Source: Candidatus Krumholzibacteriales bacterium (GTDB lineage: Bacteria; Krumholzibacteriota; Krumholzibacteriia; Krumholzibacteriales; WJIX01). From it: 64,000 bases of DNA. The stretch is taken from the NCBI GenBank assembly GCA_046483305.1, contig JAWODM010000018.1:38042-102041 (forward strand), written 5' to 3'. A program made the translations under genes and the position numbers. The notes beneath the pieces are model-generated. The model was not told where the DNA came from, ran no database searches, and worked only from the letters and a program-made list of their open reading frames with translations. Of the stretch, positions 42,985 through 53,637 are shown one piece after another (positions within the stretch are counted from its first letter, which is position 1; each line of letters opens with the position of its first letter).

Positions 42985-45276
42985 TTACGCTTTCTTCTTA
43001 AAGTAAACATTAAATAAAACGAGCAGCAGATACATGATCGTCACCGTACCGAGAAAACTTGTGAACATATTCATGGAGACCAAAGCCCCCAGAGCCCGGT
43101 TCGGCGGAAACACGGAAGCCAGCAGCACCAGGAAACCGGCAATAACCACGATTGCGTTAAAGGCAATTGCCCTTCCGGAATGCTGCATGGTTTTACGCCC
43201 TGCGAGTCTCCTGTCTCCCGTTTCGTCGGCATAAATCTTATAGCGTTCGATGAAATGCACAGCGTAGTCAATGCCGATTCCGATCGCGATGCTCGAGAGC
43301 AGCGCCGTAGTGGTACTCAGAGGTATGCCGAGTAATCCCATTACACCGAAACTGATAATGGCGGTAATCGAGATCGGAACTGCGCCAATAATACCCGCGC
43401 TAATCTTGCGGAACATCAGGGAAAGCAGAATGATCACAATGATCAGCGACAATACCAGGCTTTTGATCTGCCCTTCCAGGATAAGATCGGTAAAAACAAG
43501 CCCCTTGTAACCCGATCCGGCGTAGTTAACCGTAAGGCCCAGGTCTTTCAGCTCCGGGATGTGCTCTTCAATTCTTGCTATGGCACTGTTCAGGGCGATT
43601 GAATTGTCGCTTTTCAACTGGAAGGTCAGATTTGCTTTCCTGTAATTGTAATCAACTACCTCCCAGAGGTTCTCGGGATCGCCGGACATTTCATACAGCA
43701 ACAGGTACTGCGCTACCAGTTCCCTGGATGAGGGAATGACATTGAACCGGGCGCTGTCGGCGTGCATCACTTTATTCATCCTCTTCATATAATCGGTCAG
43801 AGCAAAGGAATTTCCCACTACCGGAAAGGACCCGACCACATCCGTTTGAAGGCTGTCTATAGCCCTGAGAATCTCCGGGTGCTTAAACGCATCTTTTTTC
43901 TCAGAATCCAGGATCACGTTCAGCGTTGACGTGCCGCCGAAATTCTCGTTAATAAAAGCGTCGGTCAAAACGATTTCGCTGTCCTCTTCGAACTTATCCA
44001 GAAAACTTGAATTTATCCATACCTGCGTTGTCCCCAGAATGGAGAGCACTACAACGGCGATCGTGACAAACATCGTTGCATATTTATGCTTTACAACCAT
44101 CCCCGCCAGGGCATTAAGTAATTTATTTTCATTATCCCCGCCTGCTTCGCCTTTTTCCTTCCAGCCCGGCAAACCGAAAACCATCAATCCGGCCGGAACC
44201 AACAGCAGGGAAAAAACCATGGCCATCAATACTCCGAAGGCGGTAAAGAGCCCGAAGTATTTGATCGGATAAACTTCGGAGGTGAGCAGCGAAATAAAGC
44301 CTACTGCGGTTGTTACAGATGTCATCACTACAGGCTTCCACATCTCCCTGATCATATCACGGGTGGCTGTTTTTCTGCCGGCTCCGGGATTCTCTTTCAT
44401 AAAGATATGCAAATGGCCGTACAAATGTATGCCGTCTGCCACACCGATGGCGATAAGCATCACCGGAATCATCGTCGAAACCGCATATATCGGCACACTC
44501 AGCAGGGCCATCAGGCCAAATGCCCATACCACGCTGAAGAGCACAACCAGCAGGGTAAAAAGGCCTGCTTTGAAACTGCGCTGAACCATAAGTAAAACAA
44601 TTATGATTACGGCAATAACGATGGGAACCATCCGTTTCATATCCCGAGGGCCGAGATAGGCCATGGTCCCTTCCACAATCGGACGGCCGGCCACATACAA
44701 TTTTTCCGGCCCCTCATATTTTTCAGCCAGATCCAGCAGCCGGTGATAGAATTCCTGCGTAAAAACATCATCCTTGATTTCCGCGATGATCACCGTAACA
44801 GTCTCATCGGTATTGACCAGCCGGCCGAAAATCATTTCATTGGTACGCACATCCTGCTGCAAGTCAGTAAGCTTTTCCTCTGTTTTCGGAACCTTTTTGT
44901 AGAACTGTTCTACGTCCAGTCCCGACTCGCTGCCTGTAATATTATCTGCCGTGTAAAGAGAGGTTACGTCATCTTTTTCGATCTCGGCCATCTTCTGCAA
45001 TTCCCTGGTCAGGTCTTTGATCTTCTGCAGGGTGGCGCTTTGATAGATACCTTTCTTATTTTCGACGGCGATGATAACTCCATCCTGAATATTGAACCAT
45101 TCTTCCGCCTGGTTGCTGTAAACAAAAGCGGGATGTTCCTGGGGCATATAATCATCAAGGTCCGTTTCCATCCGGGAATTCTGCTTCATAACCACAAAAA
45201 ACAGTATGGAAATAATAAGGGTCATCCCAAGTATGATTTTGGGATATTTGAGAATTTTATAAATTATTTTTAACAT
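42985..45276 (-). CDS. MMPL/RND-family exporter
   Basis: Two repeats with IAIGVADGIH and IAIGIGIDYAVHF; TSVTTAVGF; about 12 TM. Confidence 0.92.
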   Translation of the reverse strand: MLKIIYKILKYPKIILGMTLIISILFFVVMKQNSRMETDLDDYMPQEHPAFVYSNQAEEWFNIQDGVIIAVENKKGIYQSATLQKIKDLTRELQKMAEIEKDDVTSLYTADNITGSESGLDVEQFYKKVPKTEEKLTDLQQDVRTNEMIFGRLVNTDETVTVIIAEIKDDVFTQEFYHRLLDLAEKYEGPEKLYVAGRPIVEGTMAYLGPRDMKRMVPIVIAVIIIVLLMVQRSFKAGLFTLLVVLFSVVWAFGLMALLSVPIYAVSTMIPVMLIAIGVADGIHLYGHLHIFMKENPGAGRKTATRDMIREMWKPVVMTSVTTAVGFISLLTSEVYPIKYFGLFTAFGVLMAMVFSLLLVPAGLMVFGLPGWKEKGEAGGDNENKLLNALAGMVVKHKYATMFVTIAVVVLSILGTTQVWINSSFLDKFEEDSEIVLTDAFINENFGGTSTLNVILDSEKKDAFKHPEILRAIDSLQTDVVGSFPVVGNSFALTDYMKRMNKVMHADSARFNVIPSSRELVAQYLLLYEMSGDPENLWEVVDYNYRKANLTFQLKSDNSIALNSAIARIEEHIPELKDLGLTVNYAGSGYKGLVFTDLILEGQIKSLVLSLIIVIILLSLMFRKISAGIIGAVPISITAIISFGVMGLLGIPLSTTTALLSSIAIGIGIDYAVHFIERYKIYADETGDRRLAGRKTMQHSGRAIAFNAIVVIAGFLVLLASVFPPNRALGALVSMNMFTSFLGTVTIMYLLLVLFNVYFKKKA

Positions 45277-45324
45277 GGGCCCCTTGCTCCAGTAAAAATT
45301 CTCTCACTTCTGATTCAAAAATAA

Positions 45325-45909
45325 TTATTTGGTTACAATCTCTCTTATGGTTTCCCATAACCGGTCTCCCTCTTCGATCAAATCAAACTTATATCCGGAT
45401 AGCCGCCATTGCGTTACGAGAAGACGCAGGGCGCCTGTAATCAATAGCGACAATTGCATCGCGGAAATATCCCTGCGGATCTGCCCGCCTTCCTGTCCTT
45501 CACGAATAGTATCCCGGATCAATCCCTGATTTTCCTTCATAATTTTATAAACCATATCGGACAGGCGCTTATCGTCCTGAAAGATCTCTTCTGAAAAAAC
45601 CACCGCGGCGGTAGCCGGATTTTCTGTAAAGTTATTAAAGTGTTCTGTGAACAGACATCGAAGCTTAATAACCGGGTCATCGGTATCTGAAGAAACCAGG
45701 GCATTCATTACAGACTTTTTATTCTCTTGAAAGCGCGTCAGGATGCCAAGCAGGATATCGATCTTGCTGTCGAAATGACGGTATATGGCACCCTCGGCCA
45801 CGCCAATCTTATTGGCCATATTCTTAATGGTTAATTTCTGAATACCTTTTTCGGCTATCAGTTCGACGGCCGCATTAATGATTTCTATCTGCCTGCCGGT
45901 AAAGTTCAT
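45325..45909 (-). CDS. TetR/AcrR family regulator
   Basis: RQIEIINAAVELIAEKGIQKLTIKNMANKIGVAEGAIYRHFDSK. Confidence 0.95.
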   Translation of the reverse strand: MNFTGRQIEIINAAVELIAEKGIQKLTIKNMANKIGVAEGAIYRHFDSKIDILLGILTRFQENKKSVMNALVSSDTDDPVIKLRCLFTEHFNNFTENPATAAVVFSEEIFQDDKRLSDMVYKIMKENQGLIRDTIREGQEGGQIRRDISAMQLSLLITGALRLLVTQWRLSGYKFDLIEEGDRLWETIREIVTK

Positions 45910-45922
45910 CTTTCATTCCTTG

Positions 45923-45972
45923 TGTAAGTGAGCGTTCACTCACATTATATTAATTGTTTATTTCCCTGTCAA
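45923..45972 (-). promoter_or_regulatory. Consensus sigma70 promoter with adjacent TetR-type operator
   Basis: Minus strand TTGACA(45972-45967)-N17-TATAAT(45949-45944); imperfect palindrome TGTAAGTGAGC/GTTCACTCACA at 45923-45944. Confidence 0.8.
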
Positions 45973-46129
45973 GCAGTATTCTGATCTTGAATTTCACCGC
46001 GGAGAAAAAAGAGCGATTCCAATCTTTATCGAGGGGCTGAATATTTCTCATGTCTGACGGCCAAGCTCAGCGGAATTGCCGCACGGTCAGCGCCTTCTCA
46101 GCCATTCTTCATACCTCTGGCTACCGCAA

Positions 46130-46717
46130 ATGCGCCTTTGCCAGAACCATTCATAATCATCTCTTCACTCTCTCCGGGAATCAGCATCTATAGCCCACAT
46201 TTGAAAAAACCAGCACCGGTTGAGATATCTGTCCACTCCCTGAGGGGGAGAAAAAGGTGGCATCTTTATAGAAAATACCTGTATTACGCTTTACTCATTA
46301 CCCGATTCCCTTCCCTGATCCACAAACCCCACAATGAGGCGCCCCCTGGGGCCTCGCACCCGGAACGCTCCCCGGAAAGATTTGAAAATACCGTCAACAA
46401 AACAAATGGGGGTTACCATCAGGGCAAAGTCAAACTCGCTAATAGAAAACGGCGACTTCTCCGCCACATGCCGGAAAAACCGGCCGCCCCGTCTTTCGAC
46501 CCTGATCGCCATCCCCTCTCAGACGGCTCCGCCCCGATTTCTATCCCCAAAGGCACAGCGAATTGGCCTGAACCAACGCCTGCCCCCAATCCCCTTTCCG
46601 GGAGAGGAGGCATTACCTGGCGTATCCCTATAATCAGGCATGACAGGCATCGCGATTTCTTTCGAATCACTTATCATATCCATCGCTATATTTATCAAAC
46701 GGATCTATATCGGACAT
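46130..46717 (-). pseudogene. Class I SAM-dependent methyltransferase pseudogene
   Basis: MSDIDPFDKYSDGYDK(stop)F, GVGSGQFAVPLGIEIGAEPS, AEKSPF..FDFALMVT.ICFVD with stops and frameshifts; 3' end approximate. Confidence 0.75.
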
Positions 46718-46750
46718 ACTAACCTCCCGCGCTTTCAGACGAGAGTCAAA

Positions 46751-47110
46751 CTAAAAGGTCATGACCTTATCGCTTTCAACTGTCCATTGAGAAAGCTCTT
46801 TCATATTACTCAATTGAACACCTTCAATAAATTGAAGTTTATTGATACCGCGCGCTTCAGAACAGCCGCCACAACTTTTTACTTCCCCGCCTTTTTTGAT
46901 AACCGATTTCAACATTCTTTCAATGTTATAGTAACCATTCGGCGTTGTTTGATTGGGCAGTCCACAAAACACAGCGTCCGCCAGCAAGAATATTCTTATT
47001 CTTACCGAATCGGCATGTTCTTTCTGAAGCGTCATTGCCATTCTCAATGCGTTGTAAGCCTTCTCTGTCCCATAAGGGGCATCATTGATAATAATCAGTA
47101 ATTTTTGCAT
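46751..47110 (-). CDS. DsrE/DsrF-like (YchN) protein
   Basis: IINDAPYGTEKAYNALR, IFLLADAV, CGGCSEARG. Confidence 0.9.
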   Translation of the reverse strand: MQKLLIIINDAPYGTEKAYNALRMAMTLQKEHADSVRIRIFLLADAVFCGLPNQTTPNGYYNIERMLKSVIKKGGEVKSCGGCSEARGINKLQFIEGVQLSNMKELSQWTVESDKVMTF

Positions 47111-47299
47111 GTTATCTCCTTTTTTTACGGCTAACTCAAAGTATATGGCCAGGTATAATCACTCACCCACTGTATAACACGGATGAATCCGCTTTATCTA
47201 TCACATCGGATTCCCATAATTATGGATATTACCCTGAATCGAGCGATTTTGAACATGAAAAATCCCAACCTCGTGATGGGACAGCCCATAGATAAAAGA

Positions 47300-47720
47300 T
47301 GCCGGCCACCAGCACCTTCTCACCCCCGGGGGTATCATCGAAACCTGCCACGACAGAGGAGCTGATGAGCTGGTCTTCAGAGCCCTTAAGGACTTCGCCA
47401 GTGAAACATTGCCCTTCAAGCGCTTCAACCAGAATACCGCCTGGTATTACATCATGCTTCTGGCATTCTTCCTGTTCGAATCTTTCAAGGAGGATGTGGC
47501 TGAGCCGGTAGTGCCGGTGAGCTCATATCCGGCAACAGTTCGCCGTCTGCTTATCGATATTGCCGCTAAGATAGTAAGTCATTCCGGGAAGATCATTCTC
47601 AAGGTTACCCGGTCCACCTGGAATAATCTCAATTTCCATAATCTCTGGATACGCAGCGACGCTCCGCCTGATTTTTCCCTGGGCGTAGGATCCACTCAAA
47701 GGTTCAGAACAGAGAAATAA
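47300..47720 (+). pseudogene. C-terminal remnant of an IS1380-family transposase
   Basis: HDRGADELVFRALKDF..LPFKRFNQNTAWY...TVRRLLIDIAAKIVSHSGKIILKV; N-terminus missing. Confidence 0.7.
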
Positions 47721-47866
47721 ATTGGACTCGTCTGTCCAAAATACGCCCTGTTATCAAAAAGGCACTACCCTCAACACTGGTAAAATGTACTCACGAAATA
47801 AAATTCGCTCAATTCAGGTTCCAAGTTGATAAAACCCACTAACACAATAAAATCAATTACGAATAT

Positions 47867-47900
47867 GTAGATACCCACGGGTTTACCCGCGGATATCTAC
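47867..47900. repeat. Imperfect hairpin (terminator or IS200/IS605-type end)
   Basis: GTAGATACCCACGGG-TTTA-CCCGCGGATATCTAC downstream of the efflux operon. Confidence 0.5.
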
Positions 47901-47948
47901 TATGATTTCATGCATATCTTCATTCCCGGGCAGGTATAGCATGTTAAA

Positions 47949-49172
47949 TTATTCACTGCTCAAAGCCACGATAGGATCTAGCCGGGCTGCTTTGCGTGCC
48001 GGATAAACGCCGAAGAACAGGCCGATCAATAACGAAAAACCGAATGAATACATAATTGAAGATAAGGATACACTTGCCGCCCATTCGGTCCCGACGGCAA
48101 TGATCAACGAACCTATGATGCCAAGCAAAATACCAACAACGCCACCGCCGATACTCATGATTGCGGACTCGATGACAAACTGCAGGGAAATGTCTCTGCG
48201 GTTGGCGCCTACTGCCATTCTCAAACCGATTTCATTGGTGCGCTCACGGATGGCGATAAGCATAATTGCCAGAATGCCAATGCCGCCCACCAGCAGCGAA
48301 ATGCCGGCAATGCTGGTGATCAGGGCAGTAAATGTGCCAGTGGTTTCACGCCGTGTCTCCAGAAGTTCTGTCTGACTTTGAATAGTGAAATCGTCCGGCT
48401 TGTCGCGCCGGTTGAGACGATGCCGTTCCCGCAGTACTTCCCTGATTTGCCGCTCCGCTAATTCCATTTTATCCTGACTGACCGCCTGAATGCTGATCGA
48501 GCCGATGTAATCCTGGTTGAAGACCCTGCGCAGCGCGGTTTTGATGGGAACCAGAATCTGGTCATCCTGATCGACTCCATTCAGGTCAACGCCTTTCTGT
48601 TCCATGACGCCAATAACCTGAAACGGAATCCTGCCGATGCGGATGGTTTCACCAATCGGGTTGGCGCCGTTAAACAGATTATCAACCACGGTTTGCCCCA
48701 ACACGGCAACCCGCCGGGAAGCACGATTTTCTTCCTCGCTGAAAAAATATCCCTTTGCGGTGCGGAAATTCCTTACATCGAGAAATTCTACGCTGGTTCC
48801 CACGATGCTGGTATTGCTGCTTAAATTGGCGGATTTGACCTGCATTTTTTTGCTTTGCACCGGTGCGGCGCTTTGAACCAGCGGCACGGTGCGCCGCAGT
48901 ACTTCGACATCCTCCAGGCTCAGGGTGGTAACTGTGCCGCGCACCTGCATTCTTCCGGCGGATTTTCGTACCTGGCCGGCGTTGACGATAATCAGGTTGG
49001 TGCCCATCGCTTCGATCTTGCCCAGGACTTCATTTTGAGCCCCGTTGCCTATGGCTACCATGATAATCACCGCCGAGACACCAATGATAATTCCCACCAG
49101 TGCCAGCACGGTGCGTAGTTTATGCGTCAGCAGTTGCTTGCGGGATATTTTTATGCTGCGTGCTATTTTCAT
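47949..49172 (-). CDS. MacB-like ABC transporter permease (second)
   Basis: KLRTVLALVGIIIGVSAV, ISLLVGGIGI, ERTNEIGLRMAVGA, PARKAARLDP. Confidence 0.95.
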   Translation of the reverse strand: MKIARSIKISRKQLLTHKLRTVLALVGIIIGVSAVIIMVAIGNGAQNEVLGKIEAMGTNLIIVNAGQVRKSAGRMQVRGTVTTLSLEDVEVLRRTVPLVQSAAPVQSKKMQVKSANLSSNTSIVGTSVEFLDVRNFRTAKGYFFSEEENRASRRVAVLGQTVVDNLFNGANPIGETIRIGRIPFQVIGVMEQKGVDLNGVDQDDQILVPIKTALRRVFNQDYIGSISIQAVSQDKMELAERQIREVLRERHRLNRRDKPDDFTIQSQTELLETRRETTGTFTALITSIAGISLLVGGIGILAIMLIAIRERTNEIGLRMAVGANRRDISLQFVIESAIMSIGGGVVGILLGIIGSLIIAVGTEWAASVSLSSIMYSFGFSLLIGLFFGVYPARKAARLDPIVALSSE

Positions 49173-49254
49173 AGTTTTTGTTGCCCACTGAATATACGAA
49201 ATAACTTAAAAAAACAAATTGGGCTTTTTCGCGTGTTTCGTGGACAAATCCATT

Positions 49255-50472
49255 TTATGACCTCAGAGATTCCACCGGCTGCAATCTGGCGGCGCGGCTG
49301 GCCGGTTGCATTCCGGCGATGATGCCCACTAAACTCGACGAAACCACGCCCAGCGCAACGCCTTCCCAGGAAACCGATACCGGCATGGCGGTGATCATTT
49401 TTAAAAATTGAGCGCCGGCTCCGCCCAGAACAATGCCGATTATTCCTCCTGTCAGCGTTACCGCGGTGGCTTCAAACAAAAATTGCAGTTTGATGTCTTT
49501 GCTGCGTGCACCAACCGCTTTACGTAAACCAATTTCCCTCTTCCGTTCGTTCACCGAGATCAGCATGATGTTGGCGACCACCACCCCGCCGACAATCAGT
49601 GCAATCCCCGCCACCAGCGCCAGAAAAATATTAAAGGTGCCGGCAACCTTCTCGGCAAATTGGGTTACTTCATCCGGAGTCATAATCCTGAAATCATCCG
49701 GCATACCTTCGGCAATTATATGCCGCTCCCGAAGGATGGCGCTGATATTTTCAGCAGTTTGCTGCATTTCATCGGCCGAAGTCAGCAGAATTTTCGTACC
49801 GAAGATATAATCCACATTCGCAACGCGGCGCATGAAAGTGGTCAGGGGAATATTAACACGGTTGTCCATATCGCCGCCGCCGGGACTGGTACCCTTGGGC
49901 TGCATCACGCCTTTCACTTGAAACTGCACGTTTCCGATGCGGATGTGCTTCCCGATTGGACTTTCATCGCCGAAAAGTTCTTTCTTCACCGTGGGACCAA
50001 TCAGGCAGACACGGTTCAAATTATCCATATCGTTTTCGGAAATGAAATCGCCGGACTGCACATCCCAGTCCCACACATAGGCCCAGGATGGTGTAATGCC
50101 GAATACGGCTGCCGTTGTCGATTTATCCAGATATTTGATTTCCGAATTGGGTTTACGGTTGAACGGCGCAACCTCGTCAACATTTTCAACTTCGCGTTTA
50201 ATTACTTCGGCATCGCGCAGGGTGAATGTCGTTACCGGTCCTCCGCCGGCCGGTCGCCCCATTTCCCTGCCGCCGCCGGCGAAAACCATCATGCTTTGCA
50301 GTCCGAATTTTTTCACCCGTTCCATCACCCGCTCCTGGGCACCCTTTCCAACAGAAATAATCAATGTCAGCGCGGTAATGCCGATAACGATTCCGATCAT
50401 CATCAAAAAAGTGCGCATTTTGTTTCTGCCAAGGCCCATATAAGCGATTTTGATCATTCTATTTGTTTTCAT
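49255..50472 (-). CDS. MacB-like ABC transporter permease (first)
   Basis: KMRTFLMMIGIVIG, ERKREIGLRKAVGA, PASRAARLQP. Confidence 0.95.
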   Translation of the reverse strand: MKTNRMIKIAYMGLGRNKMRTFLMMIGIVIGITALTLIISVGKGAQERVMERVKKFGLQSMMVFAGGGREMGRPAGGGPVTTFTLRDAEVIKREVENVDEVAPFNRKPNSEIKYLDKSTTAAVFGITPSWAYVWDWDVQSGDFISENDMDNLNRVCLIGPTVKKELFGDESPIGKHIRIGNVQFQVKGVMQPKGTSPGGGDMDNRVNIPLTTFMRRVANVDYIFGTKILLTSADEMQQTAENISAILRERHIIAEGMPDDFRIMTPDEVTQFAEKVAGTFNIFLALVAGIALIVGGVVVANIMLISVNERKREIGLRKAVGARSKDIKLQFLFEATAVTLTGGIIGIVLGGAGAQFLKMITAMPVSVSWEGVALGVVSSSLVGIIAGMQPASRAARLQPVESLRS

Positions 50473-51211
50473 TGGCCACCTCCGCTGCAGGTAATTTTTC
50501 CAATTCGGTTGTTGCATTTAACGGATTGGGATTTTCTTCATCCGCAATGATTCTGCCGTCGGAGATTTTGATAATGCGCCGGGTATGCGTGGCGATATCC
50601 GGCTCATGGGTCACCAGCACAATGGTGCGTCCCCTTTTATGCAAATCCGCAAACAGGGCGATGATCTCCAGACTGGAACGAGTATCCAGGTTTCCCGTTG
50701 GTTCATCGGCAAAGATGATTTCCGGGTCGTTGACCAGCGCCCGGGCAATAGCCACACGCTGCTGCTGCCCGCCGGACAGTTCTCCGGGATGATGATCCAT
50801 GCGGGCAGCCAGTCCCACAGACTTCAACGCCTCTTGCGCCAGTTTGGTGATATCCTGCTTATCCGAATATATCAACGGCAGTTCCACATTTTCCAGTGCG
50901 CTGGTTCTGACCAGCAGATTAAACGACTGGAACACAAACCCGATTTTTTGATTGCGGATCTTCGCCAGTTGTTCATCGCCCAGTTTGCTGACTTCGCTGC
51001 CATCAAGCAGCAAGGTGCCAGCAGTAGGCTTATCAAGGCAGCCGAGAATATTCATCAAAGTTGATTTGCCCGAACCCGACGCGCCCATGATGGCGACAAA
51101 TTCGCCACGGCGGATTTCCAGAGAAACATCGGCCACCGCCACAACCTGCGCGCTGTTTTCCTTTCCATAAACCTTTGACAGATTTTTTGCCTGAATTAAT
51201 TTATTGCTCAT
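50459..51211 (-). CDS. ABC transporter ATP-binding protein (MacB/LolD type)
   Basis: GASGSGKST, LSGGQQQRV, ADEPTGNLD, VTHE. Confidence 0.97.
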   Translation of the reverse strand: MSNKLIQAKNLSKVYGKENSAQVVAVADVSLEIRRGEFVAIMGASGSGKSTLMNILGCLDKPTAGTLLLDGSEVSKLGDEQLAKIRNQKIGFVFQSFNLLVRTSALENVELPLIYSDKQDITKLAQEALKSVGLAARMDHHPGELSGGQQQRVAIARALVNDPEIIFADEPTGNLDTRSSLEIIALFADLHKRGRTIVLVTHEPDIATHTRRIIKISDGRIIADEENPNPLNATTELEKLPAAEVANENK

Positions 51212-51226
51212 ATTGTTCTCCTTTAT

Positions 51227-52279
51227 TTATTCTGAAATAACAACTGTTTCGCCTTCCTGCAATCCGCTGACGATTTCGATCAAACCGTTGCTGGTCCAGC
51301 CGGTTTTCACTTTTCGGGGAACCTGCTTTTCTCCTTCCAGCACCGTGACAAATCGTTCGCCGCGCTTTCGTCTGATAGCGCTCAGGGGAATGGTTAAAAT
51401 GTCTTTCCGGGCTTCAAGGTAGATGGTCACGTTGGCGGTCATTTCCGGTCGCAGGGTTTTTTCTTTGTGATCGGTAATCTTTAATGTCACCACGTAATTG
51501 ACCACATTATCCTGAATCAACGCCTTGGGATAAATAGCTGTCACCTCGCCTTCAAACTCGCTATCGGGATAGGTGTCCACCGTAAAAATGGCCGATTGCC
51601 CGGCCTGAATCCGGCCGATATCCGTTTCGTCCACGTAGGTCCAGACTTCAAGTCGCTCCAGGTTGATAATAGTGACAAAGGTGGGCGCGGCAAAACTGGC
51701 GGCTACCGTCTCGCCTTCCTGGGTGGATACGGACGCCACAACCCCGGCGATGGGCGCGGTTATTTTGGTGTAGTCGAGTTGAACCTTCGCAAATTCCAGA
51801 TTGGCCTTTGCCTGTTCCAGTTGCGCTCTGTTGACCTCAAACGATTTTTCCGCCAGATCCACCTGGTTTTGAGAAATGTAATTCTGCTTGATCAGAGATT
51901 TCTGCCGTTCCAGATCCAGTTTGGCGTATTCGAAATTGGCGACGGCATTCCGCCAGTTGGCATACGCCTGCTCGTATTTTGCCTGCAATTCCGAAGGTTC
52001 CAGTTCGGCAATGATCTGCCCTTTTTTTACATAATCGCCAACATTGGCATAAATATTTTTTACCAACCCGGACACCCTCGAGCCCACCCGCACCTCGGCA
52101 CCCACCATTGCTTTAACAATCCCGGTTGCAAGCACGCTGGAACCAAGATCACGTCGTGTTACGACCGCGGTTTGATATTGATCCCTGTTTTCGTTGTTAT
52201 CAGATAACAATGAATACCCAAAAATAAAGATTAAAATAATAATCAGCACTGCTGCGGTTATATAATGTTTCTTTTTCAC
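51227..52279 (-). CDS. Periplasmic adaptor / membrane fusion protein (MacA-like)
   Basis: VGSRVSGLVK, ITAPIAGVV, VDETDIGRI, LRPEMTANV. Confidence 0.93.
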   Translation of the reverse strand: MKKKHYITAAVLIIILIFIFGYSLLSDNNENRDQYQTAVVTRRDLGSSVLATGIVKAMVGAEVRVGSRVSGLVKNIYANVGDYVKKGQIIAELEPSELQAKYEQAYANWRNAVANFEYAKLDLERQKSLIKQNYISQNQVDLAEKSFEVNRAQLEQAKANLEFAKVQLDYTKITAPIAGVVASVSTQEGETVAASFAAPTFVTIINLERLEVWTYVDETDIGRIQAGQSAIFTVDTYPDSEFEGEVTAIYPKALIQDNVVNYVVTLKITDHKEKTLRPEMTANVTIYLEARKDILTIPLSAIRRKRGERFVTVLEGEKQVPRKVKTGWTSNGLIEIVSGLQEGETVVISE

Positions 52280-52290
52280 TCTACAATCTC

Positions 52291-53637
52291 CTAAACATTA
52301 ATTATTCCGGCCGCACGATCCAGCACAGCCAGCGCTATTTTATAATCCGCCAGCGCCTCAATCAATGTCTGCTCGGCTGTCACAAAGGCGGTCTGAGCGT
52401 CGATCACATCCAGCATGGAACCCACGCCTTCGCGGTATTCGCCTTCGGCAATGTTACGGCTTTCCAGCGCATTTTCATAAAAAATACGCGAATTGGAAAC
52501 ACGTTCGGCCGCTTCCTTGACCTGCAAATATGCATTCCACACTTCCGCGCCAATCTCATGGCAAAGACTTTCCTGTTGCTGTTCCAGATTGCGCAGTGCC
52601 AGATTCTCCTGTTTTACCCGCGCCGGCCGCGAAAATCCGCTGAACAGCGGAACACTTAAGCTCAGGCCGATATAGGAAGATGCATTCAAATCGGAAGTCG
52701 TTTCGCCGGCATACGAGTAACTGCCTTCAACTGAAAAAGTGGGGAAGTAATCGCCACGGGCGAAACGGATATTTGCCTGCTGCGCTCTAATCTGCTGATT
52801 GATTCGCTCCAATTCCGATCGGTTTTTAAAAGCGCGTTGCAAATATTTTTCAAATCGATTTTCATTAAAGCCAAAACTGCTATCAGCAGGGCTTGCGGCC
52901 GTTTCCAGATCATCCACAATTTTAAGCGGCAGTTGCACGGCACGCCCCATCTGCAGATTGAGTTGTCCTCGGGCGGCCAAATGTGCATTACGCGTTCTGA
53001 TCATCGCCAGTTGGGCATCCGATTGCGCAACCTTTGCTTTCAAAATATCCGAACGGCTCGCCAGGCCGGTATTAAAGAGCGCATTGGAGAAATCCAGGTG
53101 CTTCTGCGCTCGCTGTACTGACTGCTCCGCCACCTGCACCAGCCGTTCCAACTGCAGCAGGCGATAGTAGGCTTCCGTTACCCTGACAACAAGATCCTGT
53201 TGATTGGTCTTATGCCACGCCCCGTTTGCCTGAAAATTGGCCTTTGCTGCATTTTCTCTGGCTACCGTTTTAAATCCCTGGAAAATAGGATAACGGGCTG
53301 ATAATCCGCCGCTCCAGTTATCCATGCTGGTTTTTCCTGTGCCACCTGTGCCATTCTCCCAGGTGGATTGACTGCCGCTGGCGCTCAACGACAGAGTCGG
53401 ATAATATCCAGCTTTAACCTCACCGATTCGCGCCCGGCTTTCTTCAACCGTCAAACCGGAAGCCAGGATTTGCGGATTATTTTTCAGCGCAATTTCAATA
53501 CAGTGGTTCAATTTAAAAACTGGCGTATTGGATTGCTGGGCATGCAGATGGGAAAATGACAACAAAACCATTGCCGTAAATATGTGTGGAAGTCGGCGTG
53601 TTATTTTAATCCAGTTGTTGGTATATAGCATTTTCAT
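52291..53637 (-). CDS. TolC-family outer-membrane efflux protein
   Basis: Signal peptide; CIEIALKNNP, YYPTLSL, YREGVGSMLDVIDAQ. Confidence 0.93.
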   Translation of the reverse strand: MKMLYTNNWIKITRRLPHIFTAMVLLSFSHLHAQQSNTPVFKLNHCIEIALKNNPQILASGLTVEESRARIGEVKAGYYPTLSLSASGSQSTWENGTGGTGKTSMDNWSGGLSARYPIFQGFKTVARENAAKANFQANGAWHKTNQQDLVVRVTEAYYRLLQLERLVQVAEQSVQRAQKHLDFSNALFNTGLASRSDILKAKVAQSDAQLAMIRTRNAHLAARGQLNLQMGRAVQLPLKIVDDLETAASPADSSFGFNENRFEKYLQRAFKNRSELERINQQIRAQQANIRFARGDYFPTFSVEGSYSYAGETTSDLNASSYIGLSLSVPLFSGFSRPARVKQENLALRNLEQQQESLCHEIGAEVWNAYLQVKEAAERVSNSRIFYENALESRNIAEGEYREGVGSMLDVIDAQTAFVTAEQTLIEALADYKIALAVLDRAAGIINV

